DNA from: Alkalispirochaeta sp.
GTDB taxonomy: Bacteria; Spirochaetota; Spirochaetia; DSM-27196; Alkalispirochaetaceae
Reading direction: 5' to 3'
NCBI GenBank assembly: GCA_965242725.1
Contig: CBDESZ010000018.1
Location: 128,001 to 192,000, forward strand
DNA: 64,000 bases
Shown here: piece by piece, positions 49,031 through 61,947 of the stretch
How positions within the stretch are numbered: position 1 is the first letter of the stretch
Layout of the letters: the number at the start of each line of letters is the position of its first letter
Notes under the pieces: model-generated
Database searches by the model: none
What the model saw: only the letters and a program-made list of their open reading frames with translations
Told to the model about the DNA's origin: nothing
Translations under genes and position numbers: made by a program

Positions 49031-49717
49031 GTGACGGTGAGAATTGTACATCTTCACGAGCTATGCCCGTCCGGAGCGTCATCACTACCCGAACTGATGA
49101 CGGAGGTCGAACAAAAAAGAAAAAAACTTCTTCCCGATCTCACCGTCGTGACCGGAGGTATTTCCGATGATGTTCTCGGGTGGTATGAAGGCCGTTCCGA
49201 TGCCGAAAAAAGTGACGGTGAGATGCTGTTCGTACCCGGCGGCGGAGACCGCCGCGTGCGCTTTGAAAGGGCTTTCGGCAGGCGGTACCGGCTGGACTCA
49301 ACCGGGTACGGACGTCTTGACCGCGTCGTCACCGTCGGCGGTCTTCCCCTTCTTCTCGTCGATACCGCCGACGGAGCACCTGAGGAAACACAGCTTCTAT
49401 GGATCCGATCGGTGACCGATGAGCTGGTTGGTGCAGCGAACCGGGGAATTTCATTGCCGATGATCCTGCTCTTTTCCCACCGTTCCCTTGATGCGTCGTC
49501 CCTCAATGATGATACCTCCCGGACGATCCGGGAGATCACTCTGCAGGCACGGAGAAAGGGGGTGGCCCTCTACACTTTTTCCGGGGATGAGAGGTGTCTG
49601 TTTTCGGAAGAAACGGGCGGGGTCGGGGGACACCCGTTGTCGCCGTTTCATATCGACAAGTCCGGTCGTCTCATAGAAATCACCGGCGACGGACGGGTTA
49701 CCACCGGGATCATCTAA
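49031..49717 (+). CDS. Hypothetical protein, degenerate metallophosphoesterase-like
   Basis: Motif spacing resembles calcineurin-like phosphoesterases but metal ligands are substituted; start codon uncertain. Confidence 0.5.
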   Translation: MTVRIVHLHELCPSGASSLPELMTEVEQKRKKLLPDLTVVTGGISDDVLGWYEGRSDAEKSDGEMLFVPGGGDRRVRFERAFGRRYRLDSTGYGRLDRVVTVGGLPLLLVDTADGAPEETQLLWIRSVTDELVGAANRGISLPMILLFSHRSLDASSLNDDTSRTIREITLQARRKGVALYTFSGDERCLFSEETGGVGGHPLSPFHIDKSGRLIEITGDGRVTTGII

Positions 49718-49778
49718 TTTGAGTCACCCCGGGGCGGAGCGGTTTTCAATCGCCCTGCCTTGGTGTATTCTCCGAGGT

Positions 49779-50351
49779 ATGCAAACACCCGATAGAGATG
49801 CTGCGTTTACCCTGTTACGGACGTATACAAAGAGCGAAAGTCTCATTCATCACGCCCTTTCCGTCGAGGCGGTCATGCGCCACTACGCCGAAAAATATGG
49901 CGAGGACCCGGAAAAGTGGGGCATCATCGGACTCGTTCACGACCTTGATTGGGAACAATTTCCCGATCAGCATTGCACAAAGACAACGGAGATCCTTACC
50001 GGGGAGAATTGGCCGGCCGATTGGATTCGGGCGGTAAGGAGTCACGCATGGGGGATGTTTACCGACGACAAACCGGAACATCCGATGGAGAAGGTGTTGT
50101 ACACAATAGATGAGCTCACGGGATTGATTACGGCGACCGCTCTCGTGCGGCCGTCAAAGAGCATTCTCGATATGAAAAGCAAGTCGGTAAAGAAGAAATG
50201 GAAGGAAAAATCGTTTGCCGCCGGCGCAAACCGTGAGGTGATCACCAACGGGGCTGAAATGATGGGGGCCTCTCTGGACGATGTCATCACGGATACATTG
50301 GCGGGTATGCAGACGGTGGCGTCGGAAATCGGTCTGGCAGGGGAGAACTGA
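49779..50351 (+). CDS. HD domain (HDIG) hydrolase
   Basis: [33 protein letters not shown]. Confidence 0.88.
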   Translation: MQTPDRDAAFTLLRTYTKSESLIHHALSVEAVMRHYAEKYGEDPEKWGIIGLVHDLDWEQFPDQHCTKTTEILTGENWPADWIRAVRSHAWGMFTDDKPEHPMEKVLYTIDELTGLITATALVRPSKSILDMKSKSVKKKWKEKSFAAGANREVITNGAEMMGASLDDVITDTLAGMQTVASEIGLAGEN

Positions 50352-50355
50352 TATC

Positions 50356-52050
50356 ATGGACAGCACGACGGGACTCGATTTTGTGCGCACAATCGTTGCG
50401 GAGGACGTCAAGAACGGAAAGAATGAGAGCCGGGTACATACACGGTTTCCGCCGGAACCCAACGGATACCTCCATATCGGCCATGCCAAGTCGATCGTTC
50501 TCAACTTCGGCATTTCCGAAGAGTTCAACGGGAAGTGCAACCTTCGATTCGATGATACAAACCCGACAAAAGAAGATGTGGAATATGTGGAGTCCATCCA
50601 GGAAGATATCCGGTGGTTGGGGTTTGACTGGGAAGACCGGATGTACTTTGCATCCGACTATTTTGAACAGCTCTATCAGTGGGCGGAGTATCTCGTCACT
50701 CATGGTCTCGCATACGTCGATGAACTCAACGCCGAGCAGATACGGGAATACCGGGGCACCCCGACGAAAGCGGGAAAAAACAGCCCGTTCCGTGACCGCC
50801 CGGCCGAGGAGAGTCTGTATCTCCTGCGCCGCATGCGGGGAGGGGAGTTTCCCGACGGCGCGATGATCCTCCGCGCCAGGATCGACATGGCCCATTCCAA
50901 CATAAACATGCGCGATCCCGCGCTCTATCGCATTCGACACGCCCGCCACCATCGCACGGGTACGGAATGGTGTATTTATCCAACCTATGATTTTGCCCAC
51001 GGTCAGTCCGATGCGATTGAAGGAATCACCCACTCAATATGCACCCTTGAGTTTGAGAACCACCGGCCGCTGTACGACTGGTTCATAGAACAGCTTCCCG
51101 TTCCCCATACGCCGCGACAGATCGAGTTTGCCCGTCTCAACCTCACCTATACAGTCATGAGTAAACGGAAGCTGCTGCGTCTCGTCCAGGAGGGATTTGT
51201 CGACGGTTGGGACGATCCCAGGATGCCGACGATCAGCGGTCTCCGGCGGAGAGGGTACACTCCCGAGGCAATTCGAAACTTCTGCCGTCTCATAGGTGTC
51301 TCCAAGACGAACAGCACCGTCGATCTTTCATTGCTCGAGTTCAGTCTGCGGGAGGATCTCAACGTACGGGCACGGCGGTACATGGCGGTAACCGATCCAA
51401 TAAAGCTTACAATCACAAACTGGCCGGAGGGTCACGTCGAGTGGTTTGATGCAGTAAACAATCCTGAAGACGACTCTCAGGGTTCCCGATCCATTCCCTT
51501 CACAGGCAATCTGTATGTGGAACGAGACGACTATTTGGATGATCCGCCACGCAAGTGGTTTCGTCTGGCGAAGGGAAAGGAAGTGCGCCTGAAGCACGCA
51601 TATTTTGTCACCTGCAACGATGTCGTCTATGACGATGAAGGGAATGTCCTGGAACTTCTCTGCACTTACGATCCGGAATCACGGGGCGGAGAGAGCCCCG
51701 ACGGCCGCAAGGTGAAAGGGACGCTCCATTGGGTGACCCGGGAGCACGCGAAACCGGCGGAAATTCGATTTTATGAAGCCCTTTTTGACCGTGAAAATCC
51801 CGACGATGTCGAGGAGGGGGAAGACTTCACCGTCGCCTTGAACCCCCAATCCCTGAAAATTTCCCGCGGATATGTGGAACCGTCGCTTGCGAAGCTCCCT
51901 GAGGGGGAAGCCGTTCAGTTTCTCCGTATCGGATACTTCTGCAAGGACCGCAAATACTGCACCGACGACAACCTCGTTTTTAACCGTGCCGTTACGCTGA
52001 AAGACAGCTGGGCACGGGTGCTTCGTAATAAGCGGGAAAACGAAAAATAG
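50356..52050 (+). CDS. glnS: Glutamine--tRNA ligase
   Basis: [42 protein letters not shown]. Confidence 0.97.
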   Translation: MDSTTGLDFVRTIVAEDVKNGKNESRVHTRFPPEPNGYLHIGHAKSIVLNFGISEEFNGKCNLRFDDTNPTKEDVEYVESIQEDIRWLGFDWEDRMYFASDYFEQLYQWAEYLVTHGLAYVDELNAEQIREYRGTPTKAGKNSPFRDRPAEESLYLLRRMRGGEFPDGAMILRARIDMAHSNINMRDPALYRIRHARHHRTGTEWCIYPTYDFAHGQSDAIEGITHSICTLEFENHRPLYDWFIEQLPVPHTPRQIEFARLNLTYTVMSKRKLLRLVQEGFVDGWDDPRMPTISGLRRRGYTPEAIRNFCRLIGVSKTNSTVDLSLLEFSLREDLNVRARRYMAVTDPIKLTITNWPEGHVEWFDAVNNPEDDSQGSRSIPFTGNLYVERDDYLDDPPRKWFRLAKGKEVRLKHAYFVTCNDVVYDDEGNVLELLCTYDPESRGGESPDGRKVKGTLHWVTREHAKPAEIRFYEALFDRENPDDVEEGEDFTVALNPQSLKISRGYVEPSLAKLPEGEAVQFLRIGYFCKDRKYCTDDNLVFNRAVTLKDSWARVLRNKRENEK

Positions 52051-52078
52051 GATATTTCGGACAGTGAGCGCCGTCGTC

Positions 52079-53755
52079 TTAACTCGTTACGGCGCCCGTA
52101 CCGGCGGAACTGCACAACTGGGCAAATTTCCACAGTGCACCGCGATGGTAGCCGTTGTCCCTGGGTTTCCACTCGTTCCGCCGAAGAGTAATCTCTTCCG
52201 CCGACAACTTCACCGACAGTTCCTTCTTCCGGGTACTGATGGTGATGATGTCACCGTCCCGCAGGAGGGCGATCATTCCGCCCACCTGTGCCTCAGGCGC
52301 AACGTGACCGACGACCATACCGTGGGAACCTCCGGAAAAACGTCCATCCGTGATGAGAGCCACTTCCTTACTCAACCCCGCCCCGGCAATCGCCGCGGTG
52401 GGAGCGAGCATTTCACGCATACCCGGGCCGCCCTTGGGACCTTCATAGCGGATCACAACGACGTCTCCCGAGGAGACACCGTCATTGAGGATCGCATCGA
52501 GGGCCGCCTCTTCATTGTCAAAGACGCGGGCAGGTCCTGTATGCTCAAACTCGTTGAGACCGCATGTCTTTACCACGGCGCCTTCTTCAGCGAGGTTGCC
52601 TTTCAGTATGGCGATCGGACCGCGCTCCTGCTCGGGATTCTCAAAGGAGTGGACCACATCCTGACCATCGAGGGTGACGGTGACATCTTTCAGGTTCTCC
52701 GCGACGGTCTTTCCCGTCACGGTCATGCAGTCGCCGTGCAGCATGCCCCTGTCCAGGAGCATTTTCATGACCATCTGCATACCGCCGGCGTGGTAGAGAT
52801 CCTCCATGACGTACCGTCCCGCCGGTTTCATGTCGGTCAGAATGGGTGTCGTGTCGTAAAAGGCATTGAAATCGTCAATTCCGAGGGGAACATCCACCTC
52901 ATGAGCCATCGCCAGGAGGTGGAGCACCGAATTGGTACTTCCCCCCAGTGCCATCACAACTCGTATCGCATTTTCAAACGCCTTTCTGGTCATGATCGAA
53001 CGTGGCGTAATGTCATGTTTCAGACAGTGCATAAGCGCGTCGGCGCTCGCTTCCATCGCCCATTGCCGGTGCGGACTGACTGCCGGTACCGATGCACTCC
53101 CTGGAATGCTCATGCCGAGGGCTTCCACCGCGGAGGCCATCGTATTTGCCGTGTACATGCCGCCGCATGCTCCCGCACCGGGACACGCCGCGGCCTCGAT
53201 TCCTTTCCGCTCCTCTTCGGTGATCTTCCCGGCCGAATAGGCTCCCACCGCCTCAAAAGCACTGACGATGTCCACCTTCCGTCCCTTGTAGAGACCCGCC
53301 GCGATCGTTCCGCCGTAGACAAAGACGGAGGGAATATCCATGCGGGCGAGGCCCATGACGGTCCCGGGTATCGTCTTGTCGCATCCGCCGATACCAAGGA
53401 GGGCATCCATTTGGTGTCCCCGGGCATCCAGCTCTATCACGTCCGCGATCGTCTCACGGGAGATGAGAGACGCTTTCATACCCTCATGACCCATCGCCTC
53501 ACCATCGGTGACGACGAAGGTGTGGAAGGACATCGGCATTGCGCCGAGCGATTTCAGACGCTCCTTCGAGATGAGGGCGATCTCATCATGATGGACGTTG
53601 CAGGGACTCACATCGCTGCCGGCGCTTGCGATGCCGATGATCGGCTTGGTGAAATCATTGTCGCCGAAGCCGACGGCGCGCAGCATCGCCCGATTGGCGG
53701 TCCGTTCCACCCCCTGCGTCATTATTCTTGAGCGTTTGTTCAGTTCCTTGCCCAT
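52079..53755 (-). CDS. ilvD: Dihydroxy-acid dehydratase
   Basis: [39 protein letters not shown]. Confidence 0.97.
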   Translation of the reverse strand: MGKELNKRSRIMTQGVERTANRAMLRAVGFGDNDFTKPIIGIASAGSDVSPCNVHHDEIALISKERLKSLGAMPMSFHTFVVTDGEAMGHEGMKASLISRETIADVIELDARGHQMDALLGIGGCDKTIPGTVMGLARMDIPSVFVYGGTIAAGLYKGRKVDIVSAFEAVGAYSAGKITEEERKGIEAAACPGAGACGGMYTANTMASAVEALGMSIPGSASVPAVSPHRQWAMEASADALMHCLKHDITPRSIMTRKAFENAIRVVMALGGSTNSVLHLLAMAHEVDVPLGIDDFNAFYDTTPILTDMKPAGRYVMEDLYHAGGMQMVMKMLLDRGMLHGDCMTVTGKTVAENLKDVTVTLDGQDVVHSFENPEQERGPIAILKGNLAEEGAVVKTCGLNEFEHTGPARVFDNEEAALDAILNDGVSSGDVVVIRYEGPKGGPGMREMLAPTAAIAGAGLSKEVALITDGRFSGGSHGMVVGHVAPEAQVGGMIALLRDGDIITISTRKKELSVKLSAEEITLRRNEWKPRDNGYHRGALWKFAQLCSSAGTGAVTS

Positions 53756-53766
53756 AGTCCCTCCTG

Positions 53767-54384
53767 TCAGGTCGAAAATCCGTTGAGATAGGGTATCGTC
53801 GCCGCATGGCGGGAAATTCCGTCCACGTTGGACAAGAGAACCGACGTGGAATCCCAGTTGCCTGCAATGAGGGCGCTACGATATGCCGGAGACATCGAAA
53901 ACGAGAATGAATCGGTGCCCACCTTCAACGTGGAGGAGGGCAGATCGATTTCAACGAGAGTTGAAGGGTCTTTTTCAACGACATCCATGATTGACTGTAT
54001 TTCCTGATGGTCCATCGTAATCGTGGGGATACCCATGGCGGTACAGTTGCCGGCAAAAATCTCGGCAAAGGACTCACCGACAACCGCCCGTATTCCCGAG
54101 CGCATGAGCGCCTGGGGCGCGTGTTCCCGGGAAGAGCCGCATCCGAAGTTTCGATTTACAAAGAGGATTGAAGAACCGACATACTTCTCCTCGTTAAAGG
54201 GATGTTCCTTTTTTCCTCCCTGTTCGTCGAACCGCAGATCATAGAATGCGTACTCGCCCAGACCGTCGAAGGTGACGACCTTCATGAAACGGGCCGGTAT
54301 GATTTGATCGGTGTCAATGTCGTTTCCACGAACGACGATGCCCCGTCCGGTAAGGTGTTTTATCGATTCCTTGATTTCAGTCAT
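53767..54384 (-). CDS. leuD: 3-isopropylmalate dehydratase small subunit
   Basis: [29 protein letters not shown]. Confidence 0.97.
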   Translation of the reverse strand: MTEIKESIKHLTGRGIVVRGNDIDTDQIIPARFMKVVTFDGLGEYAFYDLRFDEQGGKKEHPFNEEKYVGSSILFVNRNFGCGSSREHAPQALMRSGIRAVVGESFAEIFAGNCTAMGIPTITMDHQEIQSIMDVVEKDPSTLVEIDLPSSTLKVGTDSFSFSMSPAYRSALIAGNWDSTSVLLSNVDGISRHAATIPYLNGFST

Positions 54385-54398
54385 TGCTCAACTCCTTC

Positions 54399-55826
54399 CT
54401 ACGCCACCGGTTCCGGTGTGCCAACGATTTCCCGTACGTCCGTGACTTCACCCGACAACGCCGCCGCGGCGACCATGGCGGGACTCATAAGGAGTGTTCG
54501 TCCCATTGGCGATCCCTGACGTCCCACAAAGTTCCGATTTGAACTGGACGCCGAGATTTCCCGGTCGTTCAGCTTGTCCGGATTCATGGCAAGGCACATG
54601 GAACAGCCGGCACCGCGCCACTCAAAACCGGCATCCCTGAAAATATCGGGTAATCCTTCCCGCTCCGCCTGGGCGGCGACCTGCTTTGAGCCCGGTACGA
54701 CAAAGGCACGCACCTTTTTGGCTACTTTGTGTCCCTTTACAATTCGGGCGGCTTCCCTGAGGTCGCTTATGCGTCCGTTGGTACAGCTCCCGAGAAAGGC
54801 GACATCAATCTTTTTCCCGCGAATGTAGTCCCGCTCGGCAAACCCCATATGGGCAAGCGCCTTTTCCGCACTTTCCTGCTGTTCTTCCGACAGCTCTGCG
54901 AGGGAGGGGATTCGTTCGTCTATTGATATCGCCTGCCCGGGATTGGTTCCCCACGTCACCATCGGGCCGAGTCTGTCCGCGTCGAGGTGGTAAATATCGT
55001 CATATTCCGCGTCCTCGCCGCTGGCAATACTCCGCCAGAAATCAGCCGCCCTTTCGAAGTCTTCGCCACGGGGCGCGTATTTTCTTCCCCGAATATAATC
55101 GATGGTCGTCTCGTCGGGATTGACATAGCCGACCCGGGCGCCCCCTTCAATGCTCATATTGCAGATCGTCATCCGCTCTTCCATATTGAGGGCGTGAATG
55201 GCCTCTCCGTTGTACTCGTAGGCGTAACCGATTCCGCCGTTGACGCCGAGGTCGGCTATAATGCGCAGGATGATATCCTTGGCGTATACTCCGCGGCGGA
55301 GCGAGCCGGAGACCTCGATGCGACGGACCTTGGGACGACTTAACGCCATGGTCTGGGTGGCAAGGACGTCGCGTATCTGGGAGGTGCCGATGCCGAACCC
55401 GATGGCGCCGAAGGCGCCATGCGTTGAGGTATGGCTGTCACCGCAGGCGATGGTCATTCCCGGCTGGGTCAGACCGAGTTCAGGACCGATAATGTGCACG
55501 ATGCCCTGAGCGTCCGTGTGGAGACCGAAAAACTCGATACCGTACTTCTTGGTATTTCCCTCAATCGCCTGCATCATCTCTTCCGCCAGGCGGTCCTTGA
55601 AAGGCCGCTCCTGTCCCGCCGTCGGAACGATGTGGTCAACCGTCGCGAAGGTACGATCCGGTCGCAGCACCTTCAGCCCCCGCTCCTCAAGCATTTGAAA
55701 CGCCTGGGGAGACGTTACCTCGTGAATAAGATGCAGTCCGATAAAGAGCTGATCCTGACCGGACTCCAGGGTGGACACCTTGTGCATGTCCCACACCGTG
55801 TTAAACAAATTCTTTTTCATTTCCAT
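54399..55826 (-). CDS. leuC: 3-isopropylmalate dehydratase large subunit
   Basis: [36 protein letters not shown]. Confidence 0.97.
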   Translation of the reverse strand: MEMKKNLFNTVWDMHKVSTLESGQDQLFIGLHLIHEVTSPQAFQMLEERGLKVLRPDRTFATVDHIVPTAGQERPFKDRLAEEMMQAIEGNTKKYGIEFFGLHTDAQGIVHIIGPELGLTQPGMTIACGDSHTSTHGAFGAIGFGIGTSQIRDVLATQTMALSRPKVRRIEVSGSLRRGVYAKDIILRIIADLGVNGGIGYAYEYNGEAIHALNMEERMTICNMSIEGGARVGYVNPDETTIDYIRGRKYAPRGEDFERAADFWRSIASGEDAEYDDIYHLDADRLGPMVTWGTNPGQAISIDERIPSLAELSEEQQESAEKALAHMGFAERDYIRGKKIDVAFLGSCTNGRISDLREAARIVKGHKVAKKVRAFVVPGSKQVAAQAEREGLPDIFRDAGFEWRGAGCSMCLAMNPDKLNDREISASSSNRNFVGRQGSPMGRTLLMSPAMVAAAALSGEVTDVREIVGTPEPVA

Positions 55827-55836
55827 GCTCCAATTC

Positions 55837-56382
55837 CTATGCCGTCAACTGACTGCCCCGGGTCATGAGAACCTTGCCCGTGCGAATCAATTCCAGTATA
55901 CGGTAGCTGTTCAGGACGTGAATGACGCTGTCCACCCGTTCGCTCGACCCGTTCATTTGCAGAATGATACTGTCGTCGGTCATATCGACGGTGTCACATT
56001 TCAGCGCGTGTGCCAGCTGCAGCAGCTCACTTCGCTGTTCCTGCGGGCAGGCGACTTTGATCAAGGCAAGTTCCCGCTGCAGGATATCCTCACCGGTCCG
56101 GTCCGTCGCGTGGACGACATCGATGAGTTTATTCAGCTGTTTCAGGATCTGATCGAGCGTCTTTTCATCACCTGTGGCGACGATATTCATCATTGAAAAT
56201 GCTTCATTACTCGAAGGAGAAACGACGACGCTGTCCAGGTTGTATCCCCGGCGCGCAAAGACAAGGCTTATCCGAATCAGTACTCCCGGTCGGTTTGCAA
56301 CCAGGAGGCTGATCGTGTGCTTGCGATATCCCTTTTTCGTCGCCGCGTTGGGCGTGTGTGCCATTACTGCATTATTGCTCAT
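55837..56382 (-). CDS. ilvN: Acetolactate synthase small (regulatory) subunit
   Basis: [11 protein letters not shown]...[29 protein letters not shown] coupling to ilvB. Confidence 0.93.
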   Translation of the reverse strand: MSNNAVMAHTPNAATKKGYRKHTISLLVANRPGVLIRISLVFARRGYNLDSVVVSPSSNEAFSMMNIVATGDEKTLDQILKQLNKLIDVVHATDRTGEDILQRELALIKVACPQEQRSELLQLAHALKCDTVDMTDDSIILQMNGSSERVDSVIHVLNSYRILELIRTGKVLMTRGSQLTA

Positions 56383-58091
56383 TACGTACTCCCCACCGGT
56401 TTGGCAAGTTGTTTTTTTGGTGCTTCCGTGATCATGTCGGCGTATCCCGCGCCCGAAGGAATCATGGGATAGACGTTGTCTTCCTTCGCCACCTCCACAT
56501 CGATGAGACACGGCCCCTCATTGTACGCGAGAGCCGAGGCGATCACTTTTTTTACGTCGGCGCTTCGTTTGAGGCGAAAACCCTTTACCCCGAAACTCTC
56601 GGCGAGTTTTACGAAATTCGGGTTGCCGTCCATATCGACACCGGAAAGGCGGTTCTCGAAGAAAAGCTCCTGCCATTGCCGCACCATGCCCAGGTAGGCG
56701 TTGTTGATAATGACGATCTTCAACGGAAGCTTGTTTATGACCGCCGTCGCCAGTTCAAACATCGTCATTTGGAACCCGCCGTCCCCCAGGATGGCAATAA
56801 CCGTCTCTTCCGGATGGGCAAATTGCGCGCCGATTGCCGCCGGCAACCCGAAACCCATCGTCCCGGCACCGCCGCTGCTGATCCACTGAAATCGGTGGTT
56901 GGCACGATAGTACTGGGCGGCCCACATCTGATGCTGTCCCACATCGGTGGAGACGTAGGCATTTCCCTCGGTCTGGCGGTAAAGCTCGTCGATCACGTGT
57001 TCCGCCTTGAGCTTGCCGCTCTTCTTGTACTTCAGGGGGTATTGCTGCCGCCACATTTCAATCTGTCCAAGCCAGTCCGCGGTATCACCTGGAATGGCGA
57101 TTGATGCAATCTGGTCGACCGCCTGCATCGCATCCGCTTCTATGCACAGGTCCATGGGCAGGACCTTTTCAAATTCAGATGCATCGATATCGATATGTAT
57201 GCGCTCGGCGGTTGCACAGAACTTTGCGGGATCTCCGACGATACGATCATCCCACCGCGATCCGACGGACATGATGAGGTCGCAATTTTCGACCGCCCGA
57301 TTGGCGTATGCCGTTCCGTGCATACCCAGCATGCCCAGTGACAGGGGATGACTCTCGGGGAACGCTCCTTTTCCGAGCAGCGTATTAACCACCGGTATCT
57401 GCATCTTTTCAACGAGAAAGCGAAGCGCCTTGTCGGCACCGGAAATGACGGCGCCGTGTCCTGCAAGGATAATGGGACGACGGGCGCGCTCGAGCATTCG
57501 CGCCGCTTTCTCTACCGCGGCCGGATCCGCCTCATCGGGAACGCGATACCCCGGCAGTGTGAAGGTTTCACTGTAGTCCGTTTCAACAACGGCGCTGGAA
57601 ACGTCCTTGGGCACGTCGATCAGTACGGGGCCGGGTCGACCGGTCTGGCAAATGTAGAATGCCTCTTTCATGATCGACGGCAGGTCTTTCGCGTCCTTCA
57701 CCAGATAGGAATGCTTTACGACGGGAAAGGAAATCCCCGACACATCGGCTTCCTGAAAGGCATCGAGCCCGAGATTCCACGTTGTCTGTTGCCCGGTGAT
57801 GACGATCATGGGAATAGAATCCATCTGGGCGGTGAGAATACCCGTCACGGTATTTGTTGCGCCCGGGCCGGAGGTTACCAGCACGACCGCGGGTTTACCC
57901 GTGGCGCGGGCGTACCCGTCGGCCATATGCGTTGCGCCCTGTTCGTGCCGGGTCAGTACAAATTGGACGGGAGAATCGAAGATCGCGTCAAAAATGGGAA
58001 TAGCCGCGCCCCCGGGATAGCCGAATATATACTCCACACCGTGGTGGTGTACCATATCAACGATAATTTCGGCGCCGGTTCTTTTATACAT
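56382..58091 (-). CDS. ilvB: Acetolactate synthase large subunit
   Basis: [36 protein letters not shown]...[10 protein letters not shown]. Confidence 0.97.
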   Translation of the reverse strand: MYKRTGAEIIVDMVHHHGVEYIFGYPGGAAIPIFDAIFDSPVQFVLTRHEQGATHMADGYARATGKPAVVLVTSGPGATNTVTGILTAQMDSIPMIVITGQQTTWNLGLDAFQEADVSGISFPVVKHSYLVKDAKDLPSIMKEAFYICQTGRPGPVLIDVPKDVSSAVVETDYSETFTLPGYRVPDEADPAAVEKAARMLERARRPIILAGHGAVISGADKALRFLVEKMQIPVVNTLLGKGAFPESHPLSLGMLGMHGTAYANRAVENCDLIMSVGSRWDDRIVGDPAKFCATAERIHIDIDASEFEKVLPMDLCIEADAMQAVDQIASIAIPGDTADWLGQIEMWRQQYPLKYKKSGKLKAEHVIDELYRQTEGNAYVSTDVGQHQMWAAQYYRANHRFQWISSGGAGTMGFGLPAAIGAQFAHPEETVIAILGDGGFQMTMFELATAVINKLPLKIVIINNAYLGMVRQWQELFFENRLSGVDMDGNPNFVKLAESFGVKGFRLKRSADVKKVIASALAYNEGPCLIDVEVAKEDNVYPMIPSGAGYADMITEAPKKQLAKPVGST

Positions 58092-58365
58092 AATATCTTG
58101 CGCCTCCCTTCGGAAAAGTGTTTCTACAATCCTTTTACGATTGAATCGGTAAAGTCAATAGCTGTCATGTATTTTACGAACGAATTCTTACGATAATTAC
58201 ATAAAGTTTCGCCTTGCAGCTCAAAACGGGACGTAAAACATACGGAAATAACGCAAAGTTTTCGCTGCCTGTCGGAATAATGGCGCATTTTTTATCGGAT
58301 TATTGGTCGTCCCGCTTCTTTCCCTCGGTTCAAATCGATAGTATCTTAACCAGGGGGACAGGAAT

Positions 58366-59191
58366 ATGTACTCATCAGGAACCGTTCATTATGAGACATT
58401 TCGGCGGGGAAGCAGGACTTACTTCAACTCAAGTCGCTTCTTCCCGGAAGACGTCAGGACGGACGTCTATACGCTCTACGGGTTTGTCAGAACGGCGGAT
58501 AATTTCGTCGATACCGTACCGCAGCAACGTGCGGAGTTCGAGAATTTCGTCGGCCGGTACGAAAAATCGATACGGAGCGGTGATGCCTCGGGGGATGCGA
58601 TTATCGATTCCTTTGTGGAGCTGGCACGGCGGAAGCAATTCGAACGATCGTGGATCGATGCATTTCTCCACTCTATGGAACTGGACCTGGAAAAGTCACG
58701 ACATGTGACGCTTGAAGAGTCCCTTGAATATATTTACGGATCCGCTGAAGTCATCGGTCTGTTCATGGTGCGTATCCTCGGTCTCGATGAACGAGCCGGC
58801 CATGCGGCGCGTATGCTGGGAAGGGCGATGCAGTATATAAACTTCATCAGGGACATCGACGAGGATAATCGGTTCGGCAGGATTTACCTGCCCATATCGG
58901 AAAGCGATCTGGAGTCGCTGGATGAGCAATATATCCGCGCCCCGCCCGGAGGAGTTTGTCTTCTTCATTCACGGCCAATTACGGCGATACATGGCGTGGC
59001 AGGACGAGGCGGAGAAGGGGTACTCCCTCATACCCCGCAGATATCGCGTCCCCATAAAGACGGCCGCCGACATGTACAAATGGACGGCTCGCCAAATCGC
59101 CAATGATCCGTTTATCGTCTTCGACCACAAGGTAAAACCACATCGTGCCCGAATCGTATGTTCGGGCCTCATCAATATGTTTTCACGGTGA
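58366..59191 (+). CDS. crtB: Phytoene/squalene synthase family protein, frameshift near 58940 (likely sequence error)
   Basis: GSRTYF, LYGFVRTADNFVD, YIYGSAEVIG, LGRAMQYINFIRDIDED...GRIYLP. Confidence 0.85.
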
Positions 59192-59206
59192 AGGATCGAG
59201 GTATCT

Positions 59207-60281
59207 ATGCTTTCCAGAATAACTGCAACACGACGGGAACTGATTGAGGCGATCGAGCATGCATTTACCCGTGACGATTCTCCCTTCCGGAATAGAGAAC
59301 TCTGGTCTGAAGATGTGGCGCGACGTCTCAGGGAATACGTCCTTCGGGGAAAGATGCTGCGCGGCGCATTGATACCCTTCTCATATTCTCTCTTTCGACC
59401 TGGCGACAGGATACCTCGAAGTTGTTTTGACGCCGGCGCGGCAATGGAGCTCCTTCAGTCCTTTCTTTTGATACACGACGATATTATGGATCAGGACCTT
59501 CTCCGTCGTGGTCTACCGGCGGTCCACGCACAGTACGCTGAAATTACGCCCCCCTCCGGCGACCCCGAAAAGACGGCTTCCGAACAGGCGCGGCCAGTAC
59601 GGCCTGTCAATGGGTATTTGTGCGGGCGATGTTGCGGCGTTTATGGCACTTCATCTTCTCTCAGTGCTCCCGCTGGAGGATCGACTTCGACAATCCGTTC
59701 TGGAGCTGGCGACACGGGAAATCATGATCGTAGGAATGGCTCAAATGCAGGACGTCCACAACGGATACGTAGAGTCGGTGACGCCGGAAGAGGTTCTCGA
59801 TGTCTACACCTACAAGACGGGACGCTATACGTTCAGTCTGCCCCTTCAGCTGGGGGCAATGATGGCAGACGTCGATGGAGAGCGCCAGGAACTCCTCGTC
59901 AGGTTGGGGGAGCGTCTGGGGCGCATTTTTCAGGTTCGTGATGATTTGCTGGGCATAATGGAAGAGGCGGTTCAGACGGGTAAGCCCGTTGGGAGCGATA
60001 TCACGGAAAACAAACAGACCTATTACCGGGCGCTGCTCTTTTCACGTCTTCCCGCTGATGATCCGGTGCGGGAATTCTTTGGAAAACGGAATATCACCAC
60101 CGACGAAATCGAACGTCTTCGATCCGCCCTTGAAGAATATGGTATCTTCACCCACATAGACGACCACCTGCGACGGGAAAGTGAAGAGGCGGGCCGGGAA
60201 ATTGCGGGACTTCACCTCGGCTTTGAAGAAGAAGAGGCGCTTCGGGAGCTCCTTGCGTACAATCTCACCAGGCGGTCATAG
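59207..60281 (+). CDS. Polyprenyl (GGPP-type) diphosphate synthase, frameshift near 59550-59595 (likely sequence error)
   Basis: GKMLRG, LIHDDIMDQD..RRG (FARM), YKTGRY, FQVRDDLLG (SARM), GKPVGSD. Confidence 0.88.
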
Positions 60282-60304
60282 TCCGGTCTCGTTCATCGAC
60301 CGTT

Positions 60305-60875
60305 CTAAAGATGTTGAAGAAACAGCTCGTGAATCCGCGTGTCGCCGGTCAGTTCGGGGGTGAAAGGTGAGGGCGAGGTGCCGTCCCTGCCGTACCACCA
60401 CGGGAGCATCCTCAAAGCGGGCAAGAACGGTCACGTCGTCACCGACCTTCGTGAATTTCGGCGCACGGATAAAAACTCCCCGCAGCGGAACCTCTCCAAA
60501 GGATGGAACGGCAATATCCGCCTCAAAGCTGTCGATCTGCCGTCCATAGGCGTTTCGCTGAATGGCGGTATCGAGAATGCCGAGTCGCGGCTGATCACTG
60601 TCGACGATTGTTTTCGAGAGCAGGATCGCCCCGGCACACGTCCCCATGACGGCGAGTCCCTTTGCAACGGCCTCTTCAACGGCTTCCAGGAGGCCGAATC
60701 GCTGCATGAGCAGCCCTATGGTCGTACTTTCTCCACCGGGAATCACCAGTCCGTCTATAATGCCGATCTGATCGGGACGCCGCACCGCGAGGACGTCGCA
60801 GCCAAGCCGGGAGAAGACGGTGAGATGTTTTTCAAAATCTCCCTGAAACGAGAGTACTCCAATCGTATGTGACAT
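60305..60875 (-). CDS. pdxT: Pyridoxal 5'-phosphate synthase glutaminase subunit, frameshift in FHPE near 60358 (likely sequence error)
   Basis: QGDF, PGGESTT, GTCAG, RNAYGRQ, FIRAP. Removing one C restores FHPELTGDTRIHELFL. Confidence 0.93.
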
Positions 60876-60934
60876 CGCTTCTCCCTAGGGCATGACGACA
60901 GGCGGCGATAGCCGCCATATCGTGTCTGCGGTAA

Positions 60935-61842
60935 TTACCAGCCGCGGCCTGCCAGACGTTCTTCCGACGCCATGGACGAGACGTTGATACCGGTCATCGC
61001 TTCACCGATGCCTCGGGAGATTTCGATCAGCTTGTCCGGGTCATCCCAGTAGGCAACGGCGTTTACAATTGCCGTCGCCCGCTTTTCCGGGTTATCCGAC
61101 TTGAAGACACCGGAACCCACGAAAACCGCTTCCGCACCGAGTTCAATCATTAACGCCGCATCCGCAGGCGTCGCCACGCCACCGGCGGAAAAATTGGGTA
61201 CCGGCAGTTTACCCCGCCGTGCGACTTCCAGGACGAGATCGTATGGAGCGCCCCAGTTCCTTGGCCTGCGTCATGAGCTCATCGGTGGGCATATTCCTGA
61301 GGCTGCGAATATCCGCCATGAGGGTCCGCATGTGACGGACCGCCTCGACGATATCGCCCGTCCCCGCTTCTCCCTTGGTTCGAATGAGCGCGGCTCCCTC
61401 GCCGATACGGCGGAGCGCCTCTCCGAGGTTGCGACATCCGCAGACGAACGGCACGGTTGTAGGGGTGCTTGTCCACGTGGAACCGATCATCCGCCGGAGT
61501 GAGAACCTCACTCTCGTCGATGAAATCAACGCCCATCGCCTGCAGGATCTTGGCTTCACTGATATGACCGATGCGGCACTTTGCCATAACCGGTATGGAA
61601 ACGGCCTTTTGAATCTTTTCGATCATCGCCGGATCGCTCATACGCGCGACGCCGCCGGCTGCGCGAATATCCGCAGGCACCCGTTCCAGCGCCATGACCG
61701 CCTGGGCGCCGGCATCGGCTGCGATCTTTGCCTGTTCGGCGTTGGTCACGTCCATGATCACGCCGCCCTTTAACATTTCTGCTAGTCCGACTTTCGTTCG
61801 CCACGTTGCCGTCTGGCGTTCGGACCAAAGTGTATCGTTCAT
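60935..61842 (-). CDS. pdxS: Pyridoxal 5'-phosphate synthase lyase subunit, two frameshifts (about 61457, 61252; likely errors)
   Basis: [55 protein letters not shown]. Confidence 0.95.
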
Positions 61843-61889
61843 AACTATACTTCCTTGCACACGGATGTAAATCGTAAGGTATTTCGTCA

Positions 61890-61918
61890 AACATACTCTC
61901 CCGGCGGGCCCTCGTCAA
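61890..61918 (-). promoter_or_regulatory. Putative sigma70 promoter for pdxS
   Basis: TTGACG-17 bp-TATGTT on the minus strand. Confidence 0.5.
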
Positions 61919-61947
61919 CACGCGGAGAGTAATGGTATTCTCAGGTC

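Noticed and set aside
52064..53731. 555-aa ORF antisense to ilvD (similar long antisense ORFs lie opposite fusA, cheA and ilvB)
   Set aside because: Shadow frames typical of GC-rich coding DNA; no recognisable motifs, and the opposite strand encodes a clear conserved enzyme.
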